64,000 nt of DNA. Origin: Rhizophagus irregularis. Lineage: Eukaryota. Numbering within the stretch: the first letter of the stretch is position 1; each line of letters starts with the position of its first letter. A model generated the notes under the pieces. The model worked only from the letters and a program-made list of their open reading frames with translations. It searched no databases and was not told where the DNA came from. The stretch is taken from assembly GCF_026210795.1 (NCBI RefSeq), contig NC_089429.1:4030001-4094000 (forward strand). The letters run 5' to 3'. Of this stretch, positions 11,314-25,429 are shown in pieces. The position numbers were made by a program, and so were the translations under genes.

Positions 11314-11879
11314 TACTAACGTTTGATTTTTATCTTTTTTTTTCTTGATGACCAGATGACCAGATCTTTGAAAGCATAGAATTTTGGTAAGAGGAATCTG
11401 AAGTATTTTTTTTTGAATATATTTCCTAGTTTTATTTATTTAATTTCATTCTCTTTTTTATTAGATAACCTGGTCTCCAGATGCATGAAAATTCGTTAAA
11501 GAATTGGAAATCTTTTAATTTTAAATGGCAGGGAGGGTCTTTGGAAGTATTGAAAATTTTAATTAGTTGTAATATTATATGTAATATAACAGGACAATAT
11601 GTATATATATAATAATAAAATTGAGTAGTAAAATAATAATAAATATCAATATTAAAATAGCGTAATATACTATTATTTATTATATAGTAATTAATTTCTT
11701 TACAGAAACCTTGAATTTTTAAACAATACCGAATTGATATAATAATGATGTTAAATAAATATCGTGGCGATATCGATTTGCAAATGATATCATTATGATA
11801 TCGCAATGATATCATTTCAATATTAATTCAATATATCGAAATGATATCGTAAAGATATTTGTTTGAAAAAATATCAGAT

Positions 11880-12660
11880 CAATATCATTTCGATATTGTT
11901 ATAACAACAATGAATTTTTTGAAAAATGGGAAGTAAATACGATATTAATATGATATCATTCCAACATTAATTCAATATCAATATGATATCGTAAAGATAT
12001 CACTTTATAATTATCTAATCGACATCATAACGATATTGACGAAACATCAAATTGATATCATTTCGATATTGTTATAACAATAATGAAAAATAGAAAGTAA
12101 ATACGATATTAATATAATATCGTTCCAACATTAATTCAATATCAATATGATATCGTAAAGATATCACTTTATAATTATCTAATCGACATCATAACGATAT
12201 TGACGAAACATCAAATCGATATCATTTCGATATTGTTATAACAATAATGAAAAATAGAAAGTAAATACGATATTAATATGATATCGTTCTAACATTAATT
12301 CAATATCAATATGATATCGTAAAGATATCACTTTATAATTATCTAATCGACATCATAACGATATTGACGAAACATCAAATTGATATCATTTCGATATTGT
12401 TATAACAATAATGAAAAATAGAAAGTAAATACGATATTAATATGATATCGTTCCAACATTAATTCAATATCAATATGATATCGTAAAGATATCACTTTAT
12501 AATTATCTAATCGACATCATAACGATATTGACGAAACATCAAATCGATATCATTTCGATATTGTTATAACAATAATGAAAAATAGAAAGTAAATACGATA
12601 TTAATATGATATCGTTTTGATATAACGAAACGATATCATTTTGATATTGTTATAACAATA
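11880..12660. repeat. Tandem array of 164-bp GATATC-rich units (~4.5 copies)
   Basis: Repeated tatcatttcgatattgttataacaataatgaaaaatagaaagtaaatacg... unit. Confidence 0.9.
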
Positions 12661-14757
12661 ATGATTTTTTTTTAATAAATGCAATATCAATATAATATTA
12701 TTTTAATATTAATTCAGTATCAAAATAATATCAAAATGATATTATCTATAAATATTGAATTTACCTTTAAAAATATCAAATCAATCAAATATCGTTAAAT
12801 TCAATTTTAATAATATTTAATAATTTGTAATCTAATTTAAAAGTTAATTTCAATAATAGATTTAAGTTACCGGTTATTTATTACAATAACAATTTTAATT
12901 ACAGATAAAGTATACATTAGTTTAAATATTATATAACAGATAAAAAAAAATATCAATAAATCTATAATAAACTAATTCAATAAATTAGAATTATGAGTTA
13001 AATTGGTGATGTAAGTCAAAACATTATACCTTAATACTCCAGAATCATAACTCATCAACCCAAAGTTGAGGATTAACTGGGTACCTTGCTTTAGATTCAG
13101 CGACACTACCCAAGTTGGATGGGGTGTCACAGGTACGCTTTAAGAAGACTCGCTACGACTCTATTGCAAAAAGGATAAGTATATTCGAAAACACCAGATA
13201 TAAATTCACCTCAGAAGTTTGGCGGGAAACCCCTGTAAATAACTGCAGTTTCATCATTACCAAAATCATTGAACTTAGGGATACAATGAAAAAGTTCATG
13301 AGAATGACGGCTTTAAAAAAAAAATACAAATATATTTTCAACTTTGACAATTCACCCTTATTCTTTGGCCTGGAATTCTCATATGACTGCATTATTGTTG
13401 TTTGTAATTTGATCCATTGAATCCACCATAAATTGCCTGGCAAAGCGAACTTTTATTAGACAACCATAGCTTCATCAACAAACGTTGCAATGTGTTTGGA
13501 TGAATGACATCCTGTTTAATAAATTTTAAATGGGCAAACGTGGACCTAAAACCCATTAAAGATAGGTTGCAAGAAGTGCAAAGCAACCTACCAACTCACG
13601 AGTGGGTCTAAGGCTTAGGGAATAAAATATACGCCAAACACACACAAGTTGGTATGGAGTTAAAGTCTTACAAACTAAAAATTATTCTTGCCACTTAATT
13701 CTCCAATAATCAATGTTATAAAAAAGTTACTTACGACTTAAGCCTACTTAATTATATATAAAACGACACTTTGAACAGACAGAGTTCATGATATATGAAA
13801 ATATCCCATCATGCCTATTTTAACCCTTGATTAATGGATTTTCATTGCGTTAATTATATAAGCTTTACGCCTATATAACATAAGCTTACACCTATATAAT
13901 TCAAGTCCGCCTTTTCCTATAACACACTATGCATGACGGCAAATGGTATAGGAGGCAGACTCTACTTTCAGAAAGAAAGTTTTTTTTTTAAAAAAAAAAA
14001 ATGTACAAAATAAATAGTTTTAAATAAAATAGTGGTTAATTGACTTTTTAGGAATTAATAGCCTTATAATATACGCGATCATTTAATATACGTGATTATT
14101 TAATCAGACAATTTATTAAATTTGGTATTACACGAACTTGATCAACCTGATAATTGTTTAGTCTTTTATAGGTGGATATTTCTTGAATTATCACCTGAAC
14201 TTTTCAATTTTTTGCAGAATCGAAGATGAAAACCGGAAAAGTATTCTGATTCAGAATTTTTTTAAGAAATGTGTTTGTTATTTTGTAAATTACCAGTCAG
14301 AATTGGCTTAAACTTTAAAGTTCTTACTTTACGCAAATGTTACGTAAATGTATTCTTTTTGATCTGTATAATAATGTCAAATATATAGAGATATTTAGGC
14401 CGTATACATTAAAGAAGAAACGTCACATAATAACCATTCCATTTTTAACAAAACAACAATTACTTTTTAAACTTGAAAGTGTTATATCTTAGACAAACAT
14501 TTTATAGTTTTATACATCCATTTTATTTTATATTATTATCACTTGACATTATGGTATAATGTTTAGAATAATGATGTTTCATATTATCATTTACTTGTAA
14601 AATTTACTAAATTTATTCAATGTAATATCGTTATAAAATGCATAATTTTATAAAAAAATTAGAGCGTTTGCTAAGATTTATAACTATGTATAATTTAATA
14701 ATATTATTAATAACTATGATTAAAGGATATGAAGTATCAGTATAAATAAAATAACTT

Positions 14758-15903
14758 ACCGATAAAGAATCAACGATCTTGTTTCCGCTCCTAGAAGGGA
14801 TCGTTAATTCTTTGGTTATATTATCTAATTCTTTAACGGCGGACAAATTTTTTCTGTTCTACGAAACCTTAAAGGTTTCTCTTACGAAATCAACCAAGAT
14901 ATCGAACCCTCCATTTCTTGTTAATTCTGAAATATTAACAGCTACAAGCTGTCAGCTTAAAATCTTTTGAACAAATTCTTCATCAACGTAATCTATAAGT
15001 TCCTTTTGAGATAAACTTCCGGTAGATGCTCTATAATTAAATTAATAATTAATACAAACAGCACTATTTGGTTAGCTAGGAAACAATTAAATAAATACCT
15101 GTTTTTTCTTATTTCTTTAAATTCTTCTACAGAAGTTAAAATAATTTGGTTAAACTTATTTCTGAAGTCGATGAAAAATTTTCAGGTTTTTTTGAGGTAG
15201 CTTTTAGCTTCGTTCGAATGTATTTTTATTTTGAAAATTTTTGTTATCAACTCATCAAAAACTTTACCACGTGGACTTCTCGCACCTAAAAAAAGACACT
15301 TGACACTTTCGTCCCATAGACGAATTTTATCCTAAAATATTAAAAATACATTATTTAAAAGATTTAGACAAATAAATATTATCATGTTAATTTAATACTT
15401 ACGTCCATAATTTTACTGGATGATGAGATAGCAACATCTGTATTGTTTATTTCTAGTGCCAATCTTAAAATTTCTGGATGGTCGACGAACCAAGCAACTA
15501 TTTCTAAATTTGACTTTGATTGAAATACTTTGGGTTTTTTATGATCTTCCGTCTTACTCGCATCATCATCATCATCATCATCATCATTACTTCTTTTTTC
15601 ATTTACTACTATAACTTCTTTATCGGCAGATTCGGCAGCTTCTTTATTACTATGGTTTTTACTTTTTTTCATCAACTGATTGGCTTTCTCAATGTCAATA
15701 TCTCTTCTTTTTTTCATAATTTGTTTTCTTTTCGATCCTATTATACATATTTTTGGTATTTATTAATTATTCTTCTTACATATAACTATATAACAAAACT
15801 TACTATAAATTTACAAAAGAGTTATATCTACATACCTCCTTCAACTTCCATTTCTTAATTATCATCAGACGATTTATTAGGTGATTTACGTTTAGTCGTC
15901 ATA
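14758..15903 (-). pseudogene. Intron-containing transposon accessory gene, disrupted
   Basis: ATG at 15903 (MTTKRKSP); exon containing ...LEIVAWFVDHPEILRLAL...; GT-AG introns; in-frame stops. Confidence 0.55.
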
Positions 15904-17173
15904 ATATAAAAAAAAATATGAGCAAAAAAAAAAGTGGAACAACCTTTTTGTTTCAAAGTAGGTGATATATATCGAGGAAATATGAATGAATAAAAAATGT
16001 GGAGCAACTTTCTTGCTCAAAAAAGTAGGTGATAAACATTGAATGAACAAAAAAAAGGGCGAGGTTATCATGATATAATTTTGAGATTTTAGCTATTGTA
16101 ATTATGATTGTAGTATTTAATTGGAAAATATACATGATCTCAATATCATTGTGTATTGTGTAAAATGCAGGATCAGTTAAAAATATCAGGAGATGGGAAA
16201 ACTAAAAATTATGATTTCAAGATCGAAAATTAAATTTAATTTATATAAATAATTTGTATTTCATTTAATAATAAAAGTGAATACTGGACACTTTTTTTAT
16301 ATAGAAGATTACTTCAAATCAGTTCCAAATCTTTATTTTATTGCGTATTTACGATTCAATTTCATAAATTTTATTATACTTTTTTAGGCCATATAAGGAG
16401 TGAGAAGAAAAATATTAGAAGAAAGAAGTGAGAAGAAATTAATCATGTGAAGTATCATTTTATGTGATACAATAATATGCACCAAACTCAAAAAGTATAA
16501 CCATTATAGCTACTATTATCATTCGGCATTAAATTACGTAATGTTAAAGATATTATTGCATCCAAATAACCCAATCAAACCTTTTTACTCATATGTGACT
16601 GATTACTAAATTTGCGAAAAGACAATGCAACTCCTTAACATATGATTTTTGTATATTATTGTACAATTATGAAAAGAAAGTCGTGAGCAGTCTATAGAAT
16701 ATTATGTAAAGCTACAAAATTCAAAAATATTTAGAGTTGGTAACGAATTTACATTTCAATAGTACCATTAAATAGAAATTTATAAACTTAACTGCTAAAG
16801 GAAGAGAAATTTTTAAACGATAAATGGATGAAACATAGTACAGTTTGATGGTTGCTAGAATACTCTCAAAATAATTTTCATGATTAATTGTGGAGGTTAT
16901 AATTAAAATATTCCAATTGAAATAATACAGTGACGATCTGCTTATTTGCTTATTTAATGATTTAGCATATTTTATTATTTTATGTAGTAAAGTAAATAGT
17001 ATTTTTTTCTAAATAATGAAAGATACATCGTTCAGAAAATAAAAAAATTGAATGTTGTACAGCAATATAATATTAAGCAAAAAATTGAATGTTGTACAGC
17101 AATATAATATTAAGCAAAATTAAATGTTGTACAGACATCAATATAACAAAATAGTAATTATGATTTGAAAGAT

Positions 17174-17908
17174 TTACAATTTCATATGAAGTGAGGTGAG
17201 TGTAAACGGAGAGGCGAAATTATTCAATTTCAATGATTTCATAATATGAAGGTGAGCCTCGTAAACGGTAAGGTATAGGTGATGAGTGATGGAGGAGAGG
17301 TGTAGGTGATGAGTGATGGAGAGGCGTAGGTGATAATGATGAGTGTGAACGGAGAGGTGATATAGGTGAGCATATTGGTGAATGTAGTGGTGAAGATGAC
17401 GAAGTTGTTGTATGGCTTGTTGTGTTGATTTCGTGAGCAATATCATAAATTATTTCTAAATAAATAATCAGATTAATTTATGAATTAAATAAAAAAAAAA
17501 TAAAATATTTACGTGGTTTTCTAATATTTAAGTCATTTTTCCCAAAAACGTTCACTGCCGGAATTCCTCGTAGTACTTCGTTCCTAGAGCACTTTTCCTT
17601 CCCTTTGGCTTATTCTCGATATATAATTGCATTTTCTAATAAAATTATAAAATTATATTAGTACTATTTAATATGCTAAAATAGTAGTTGAACCTGAAAT
17701 AATGTTTATATACTTTATAAGCTCGCACTAAGCCGTTAAATTTTTTTTTACATTTCCTCCCAGTATACGTGGTTCTGAATTCAAGGTTTATTTTGCTTGC
17801 TAGCCCTTTCCAAAAATTATGCTTCATATTACCATTAAGTTCGTGAAAATTATTGTTTTGATTTTTTCTTTTATTAATTAAAACTCGCAATTGTCTATCA
17901 GTCCACAT
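17174..17908 (-). pseudogene. Myb/SANT-like (trihelix) DNA-binding protein with Ser/Pro/His-rich tail
   Basis: MWTDRQLRVLI...FWKGLASKIN...TGRKCKKKFNGLVRAYK trihelix pattern, followed by GT-AG introns and disrupted exons. Confidence 0.75.
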
Positions 17909-17984
17909 GTTATTAAAGAATTAATAAAATATTAATGAAAACGAAAGAGAAAGAATTTTGTAAAAGGAGTGGGAAAATAAAAAA

Positions 17985-18075
17985 AATCTGTAAAAAAAAA
18001 AAATCCGTGTAAAAAAAAAAAATCCGTGTAAAAAAAAAAAATCCGTGTAAAAAAAAAAAAATCTGTGTAAAAAAA
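17985..18075 (+). repeat. Short tandem (A)n-TCCGTGT repeats
   Basis: aaaaaaaaaatccgtgt repeated about 4 times. Confidence 0.8.
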
Positions 18076-21000
18076 AATAAAATCAAATTATTACGCCTAC
18101 AATCTATGAACACAAGAATTAATGAAATATTAATGAAGATGAAAGAATTAATAAAACGAAGAATTATATTAATGAAAACGAAAGAATTAATGAAACAAAA
18201 GAATTTTGTAAAAAGAGTGGGAAAATAAAAAAAATCTGTGTAAAAAAAAAATCCTTGTAAAAAAATAAAATCAAATTATTATGCCTACAATCTATGAACA
18301 CAATAAGAAATTGCAATGATGTAGAATAAATAGTTTAAACAAATTTGTTAAACAAATTTGGATAAGCCATGGGTATGCCGCGGATATGTCGCGGGTGTGT
18401 CACGGGTGTGTCGCAGTGTCTTTATGGTAAATTAAAGCATTTACCGTGGGTGAGTTGCGGGTCAATTTGAGGACTTACTATGGAATAATAAAGATGTTTT
18501 TATACACGTAATTATCTTCTATGGTGGTTGATTTAGAGGTTCAATCAGAGAAGTTTTACCACAACATTTATTTTATTTTGACAATGACTTAAAATTAATG
18601 AAAATTAATTAACGAAAATTAATTTAATTGGTCTGCTAATAACAATCATGGTGTTTAACGAATTCGCTTCATTAGTTTTGATGTTCGAAAAATATAATCG
18701 TAAATTAAATATATAATCGTAAATTAATAAATCATACTTTATCTATTATTTTATTAAATCGTAAACTTTAATACTCTACTACTAAATTAACTAAATTATT
18801 GTTTCGCAAGAGCATTTTCTATTTATTAAGTATAATTTTCAACCACTATTTTTTATAATCCTGCATATGAATTTACAGGTCAAAAACTTCGCAATTCAAT
18901 TAGTTTAATTTTCGAGTTTTTTGACGCATTCGTGAGATTTAAGCAAGTATGAAATAAATTTTTTTTATACTAATTGAATTTTTATGTATTGATTAACGAT
19001 AAAAAAAGCATGTACTACTTGATTTTGTATACGATTGTGTTCCAAAACTTGACGATTGTGTTACTTTTAAAACTCCAATGTGCTACTTGATTTTGTATAC
19101 GATTGTGTTCCAAAACTTGATGATTGTGTTACTTTCAAAACTCCAATCAGAATCTATAGCAAATCGGTAATAATTTTAACTGAATTGATTTTGGTTTTTT
19201 TGTCGATACGCTAAACAATATAAAAGGTATTAAGGTATTTAATAAATAATTTTTATAAAGATTTATTGAATTTTATAAAAATTCTAAATTAAGTTAAGGA
19301 TTTAAATTGTCAAAGGATGAGAAGACGATATAGTCACAATAAACCAATAGAGCCAATTTGAATTCGAAATCGGTTTTCTTACAGCAAACCTAATGAGACA
19401 ACAGATTCTGACGAGAGAGTTGCAATTCGTTCGCCTGTACGTTCACCTGATAATGATAACGATGATATGGACTTTCAGTATGATCATAAAGATGATTTAA
19501 GTTTTCAAGACATTAATGATGACGATAATGCATATGGATCAATTAATCCTCAAGACTACAATGATGAGATGATATTTTCGCAAGATAATGTCAATTCATC
19601 TGATACTGAAGAGGAAGAAGAAAGTGATAACGAATACAATTATGAAGAGGAGGAAGAGGAAGAAGATAATAATGAAAACAATGACGAAGAGGAGGAAGAG
19701 GAAGGTAATAATGATGATAATAATAATCAAGTGGAAGAGGAACGTAATAACGATGAAGAGGAACGTAATAATGAAGAAGAAGAAATAGATCAAATTGTTG
19801 AAGCGTTAGATGAAGACAAGATACCGTTCTGCAATAGTGAGTTTGCACTATACTTTAATAATTATACAACTACGGCATTATTTTGCTGGCTTCAGAAGCA
19901 TAATGTTTCTACAAAAGCATATGAAGATCTTGTCGATATCATTCACAATTCTCAATTTGAACCTACCCATATGGTAAAAATATCCGAAGATTCCAATCAT
20001 GGAGAAAACGTCTTCCTCTCCTACCAATAATAACAAAGTCTATTAAAATTTCACTAAAAAAAACTCCATCAACCTCACGAGGATCAAAACTTTCGTATCA
20101 ACTCTCAATCAGTGAAATTATATGGCGTGTTCTTAATAATCCGATGCTAATGAAGCATATGTATTTTGGACCCGGCATTAATTCTGAAGAAAAATCAGAA
20201 TTTTGGCATGGAAATTTATGGGGGGAATCCCCACTTTTTGGACAATACGAAATATTAATATCAGAAGGTTATAAAATAATACACTTTGATACAATTATAA
20301 TTTATTATCATTGATAATATTTATTAAAGTTATTTTTAATAAATAGTATTGTACCGATCTGGTGATTTTGTTTACTATCATGATGATAATGGTCAAAAAA
20401 AACTTGGAAGATTAAGATCAATTTTAAAAAATGATGATGGATATTATTAGTTATGAATTCAAAAAATTTTGGAATATAGAGATTTACCCAGAAATTTAAA
20501 AGGGTTACCAAGACAACGTCGTTCTATTACCGGTGAAGTATGGTTACAAGACGAACCATTTTTAATTATAATGACTTCTCAAATTTTAGAAAAAGTAACT
20601 ATATTGATGATGTTTCAACATCAAAATATTCCTGATGGTTCATTACGGATTAGTGAAATAATTTATAAATGTAATGACCGTTGGCACGTTCGTAATGTAA
20701 AGCTTTCATACCTACATCCATCTGATTACATTTCTATCAGAAATCCACCATCATCATCTATGCCAATCTATAAGCTGTTTTTAGATCTTTATTATGATGA
20801 TTTTGGTATATTTAGAAATGTATACCATTCTCTAGGTGGTGTTTATGTACAGTTTGGAAATATGCCAGCACATCAAAGAAAGCTAATAAAGAATCATTTT
20901 GTTATTGGGTTTATCCCATTTGGAGGAAAATTTGACGAATTTATGATACCATTTATTTCAGAAATGAAGGAATTAGAGAAAGGAAAGGTGATGACTGTCC

Positions 21001-24000
21001 AAGGACAAGATGCATGGATAATTGCTGGTTTAGGCGTTGTTACGGCAGATTTACCTCAAGGTAACGATTTGACAGGAGTATTAAGGTATTTTTTCAATTT
21101 AATTAATAATATAATAATATAATTTTATGACAACTATTAAAATTGTTTAAAAAATAAATTTAGACATAATGCAAATAAGGGTTGTCGTACTTGTAAAACT
21201 ACTAAAGAATCATTGAGTGCTCACAATCAGGATATCGTAACAATATTACGTTATCATCATATTACAGACGAAGAAATCTTAAAAATTTCTCATAAGACTA
21301 TAATGTCAAGAAGAGATCAACTTTGTACGGAATATGGTTTACGATCATTACCTAGTATTTTAGATAAATTAAAAAGGGAAAGACATTTACAGACGCCGCA
21401 GGATGTTTATCATGCGACTGCAGGAAAGATTGGGCGACTACTAAAATTAACTTGTGAATTATTTTCACGAGAAGGAGAAGATAATTTTATCGAAATTTGG
21501 AAAAATTTTGAAATCCCAAAAAGATGGTCTCACTTACCAAATCCGATTACTCACTACAATAGTTTTATGATGTCGGATTTACTTAGATTAGCTATGATTA
21601 TGCCATTTTTGTTAAACCAGTTTTTAAAAGAATCAAGTATCAAACGTAATGAAACAGCCATGATTCAACAAAGAATTGATGCATTTCGAGTTAGTTCAGT
21701 TCTAAAAATTATTATATCTTGTTGGATACATGTTGCAAAAACTATGAAAGCGGTTTTTAACAAGAAATTTACATCAGATAGCTATGAGGAATTGCAACAA
21801 TGTCTTGAAGAAGAGTTTTCAATCCTTCCAAAGGTATAGTTACAAATTTGATATTGAAATATGGAATAATTTCAAATAATTAACAATATTTTACTTTTTA
21901 TAGGTTTTTATAAATTTTGTTAATTTACCAAATATACACGTTAATATGCATCTTTTGATGCATGCTAAAACCTTTGGAACACTTATTAATACCCAAGTTG
22001 GTATAAAAGAAATGGTCCATCGTATTCAAAAACATAGATTTAGATTTATTAAAGCGTTACAATACTTTATTTGCAATTCGACATTTAGCAGATGGTGGTA
22101 TTGATCCAAGATTTAATAGATCTCGTACTCACTGGTCGAAATCAAAAAAATCGGATATATGGAAAATCGGCCAAAAATCAGACCAAAATTGGCTAACATT
22201 ATAAATCGGCACATCTGATTGATGCCAATCAGACAATTCGATAAAAATTCAGCAAAAAATCATCATATTTGATTAACGGCTGATTGATGCTAGTTGAAAT
22301 CAAAAAAAAAAATGGACAAATGGCAAATCAACCTAAAATTTGTCCGATATTCAAATATGATACTTCAGATTTATGAAAAATTGACAATTCAATAAAAATT
22401 CAATAAAAATTCAACAAAAATTTGGCAAAAAATCATTATATTTGATTGATGGCTGATTGATGCTGGTTGAAATCAAAAAAAAAATTGGACAAAATGGCAA
22501 ATCAACCTAAAATTTACCCAATATTCAAATATGATACTTCAGATTTATGAAAAATTGACAATTCAATAAAAATTCAATAAAAATTCAACAAAAATTCGGC
22601 AAAAAAATCATCATATTTGATTGACGGCTGATTGATGCTGGTTGAAATCAAAAAAAAAATCGGACAAAATGGCAAATCAACCTAAAATTTACCTAATATT
22701 CAAATATGATACTTCAGGAAAATTGACAATTCAATAAAAATTTGATAAAAATTTGATAAAAATTCGGCAAAAAAATCATCATATTTGATTGACGGCTGAT
22801 TGATGCTGGTTGAAATCAAAAAAAAAATTGGACAAAATGGCAAATCAACCTAAAATTTACCCAATATTCAAATATGATACTTCAGATTTATGAAAAATTG
22901 ACAATTCAATAAAAATTCAATAAAAATTCAACAAAAATTCGGCAAAAAAATCATCATATTTGATTGACGGCTGATTGATGCTGGTTGAAATCAAAAAAAA
23001 AATTGGACAAAATGGCAAATCAACCTAAAATTTACCTAATATTCAAATATGATACTTCAGGAAAATTGACAATTCAATAAAAATTTGATAAAAATTTGAT
23101 AAAAATTCGGCAAAAAAATCATCATATTTGATTGATGGCTGATTGATGCTGGTTGAAATCAAAAAAAAAATCGGACAAAATGGCAAATCAACCTAAAATT
23201 TACCCAATATTCAAATATGATACTTCAGATTTATGAAAAATTGACAATTCAATAAAAATTCAATAAAAATTTGATAAAAATTCGGCAAAAAAATCATCAT
23301 ATTTGATTGACGGCTGATTGATGTTAGTTAAAAATCAAAAAAAATCAGACAAATGGCAAATCAGCCTAAAATTTGCCCAATATTGGTTAAAATTACAAAT
23401 TGGCACTTCTGATTTGTGGCATACTGGTTAATGATTTATGGTTGAATCTTTTCATATTATTGATATATGTAATTTATGATAAATAATAAATATTCAGTTA
23501 TCCTCATTAAAAATTGCATGAACGGTCCCTAATATTATTGTTGGATGATTTAAACTATATAATAGTTTAAATCATAATCTGTCACCTGATTTATTCAATA
23601 GTTAGAAATTTGCTCATTTTTCAATTGGGTATCAATCAAAATTAAACTATTATAATATTTACTATTTGTTGATCAATTATAATAAGATGCGACGCGTATT
23701 GTATTAAAAGTATAATTAGTATAATTTTAGCTTTAAGATTAATTTAAGATTACAACCTTTTAACCTTTTTTTTCCTCAAAACAAAATATTTCTCTTTTAT
23801 TGCTCTATGGTTCAAATTGGGAATTGATAAAAGAATCTCAATTTTTTCCGATTTAATAAATATCAGTATGCCAGTATTGAAGAAAAAAAATTTTTTTTAT
23901 TCCAGCATTCCGATTTACTGTAATGAAATGAAATAATAAAAATATATTTTTTTTTATTATTTTTAATATTATTTGCAGGTTCCGGCATTCCGATTTAATA

Positions 24001-24764
24001 AAAATATTCTTTATTTGTATATGATATCGGGTATGCTGGTATCAAAAAAAATATCTTTTTTTATCATTTGCAGGTTCCAATGTTCCGATTTAACGATTAT
24101 TTGTAGATGGATATCGGTATGCCGGTATTAATAATTTTTTTTGTATTTCTGGCATTCCAATTTAATGATCAAATCAGCTAAATCAAATGGTGGAGGTTTG
24201 GAAAAAATTATTCAAAATGAAAAAGGAAATTGCTGTAATTGCAAGTATGAACAAGCAATTTGAACAATCGGCAAAATACCAGAACGTTTTTTCTGCAAAA
24301 TATTATAATAAATGCAAAAAAAAGCCTAATTTTTTAACGGTAGATCGATATGCGGTGTTTCCAAAAACGGCTCTTTTTTTGTTGATCAGATGGATCATCG
24401 GATATCCATCTTTTTTTTTATAAAAAAATTTTTTTTTTTTAACCTTCCGGACACCATTTTACATTCTGATCCTCATGCGGATGGCGGAAAAATTCATTTA
24501 GGGCAACCTCAGAACTAATGGAACGGCACTTAGAAGGTATTTAGAGAGGAGAAGGGATTGTTTTTTTTAAATTGGAGCGTTAATATACATTTATTAATGT
24601 TCCACTTTCTTTTTTTTATTGTAGACCCTCAAGACCCTTTTCACTTTTAGGAACCTTGAAAGGAAGGTAATGCCCCGAAGAATTTTTTTATTTTTATTTA
24701 ATGCGGAACGTTAGGTATAAACTAACATTGTTTTCTTTTTTTTTTATTAGGTCCAGGACGCTGC

Positions 24765-25039
24765 CACTGGTAAAAAAATGATTTATTCTACACATATCTT
24801 ACACATATTGGGTACTTAAAATGTAGAAAATCATACACAAATAATACACATATCATACACATATCGGTACTAATATATATATCATACATATATCAGGTAC
24901 CTGATAGGTATACTATATATATAAGTACCCGATATGTGTATGATATGTGTATTATTTGTGTATGATTTTCTACATTTTGAGTACCCGATATATGTAAGAT
25001 ATGTGTAGGATATGTGTAGGATAGACCATTTTTTTTACC
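24765..25039 (-). mobile_element. CACTG MITE, reverse copy of 62868-63146, right TIR clipped
   Basis: cactggtaaaaaaatg...cattttttttacc with probable TGC duplication; internal tacacatatc repeats. Confidence 0.8.
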
Positions 25040-25429
25040 TGCGCTGGACTCCATTTTGAAGGTATAAACCTTCGATCGAAAAAATAAAGACGAAAAAAAA
25101 ATTTGGGAGAGGGATAAAGAGAAAAATCGGGTTGAAAAAAGAAACCGAAAAGGAAAAAGAAAAAAAGGATAAAAAAAAAGCCAGCGCAATGGAGTTTTTG
25201 GTCCAGCACCCAATAACGATCACCCAAATTTTCCCAAATTAATGGAACCGCCAAAGAAAAAAATTTTCTATTTTGATAAAGACAATTTAATAATCAAGGA
25301 GTATCAAGGTGCGAAACTTCTATTAATTCTGTTAGAAGTGTTAAAATTTCTGTTATATTTGACATGATGTAAGAAAGAAGGAGATTCCAATTCTTTAACT
25401 TTCTTTAAATTTAGGGAAAAAAAAAATTT

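Noticed and set aside
5540..13961. Single 8.4-kb element with 1.8-kb TIRs
   Set aside because: No TSD, and the left arm's repeat array resumes at 31371; nesting of sibling elements explains it better.
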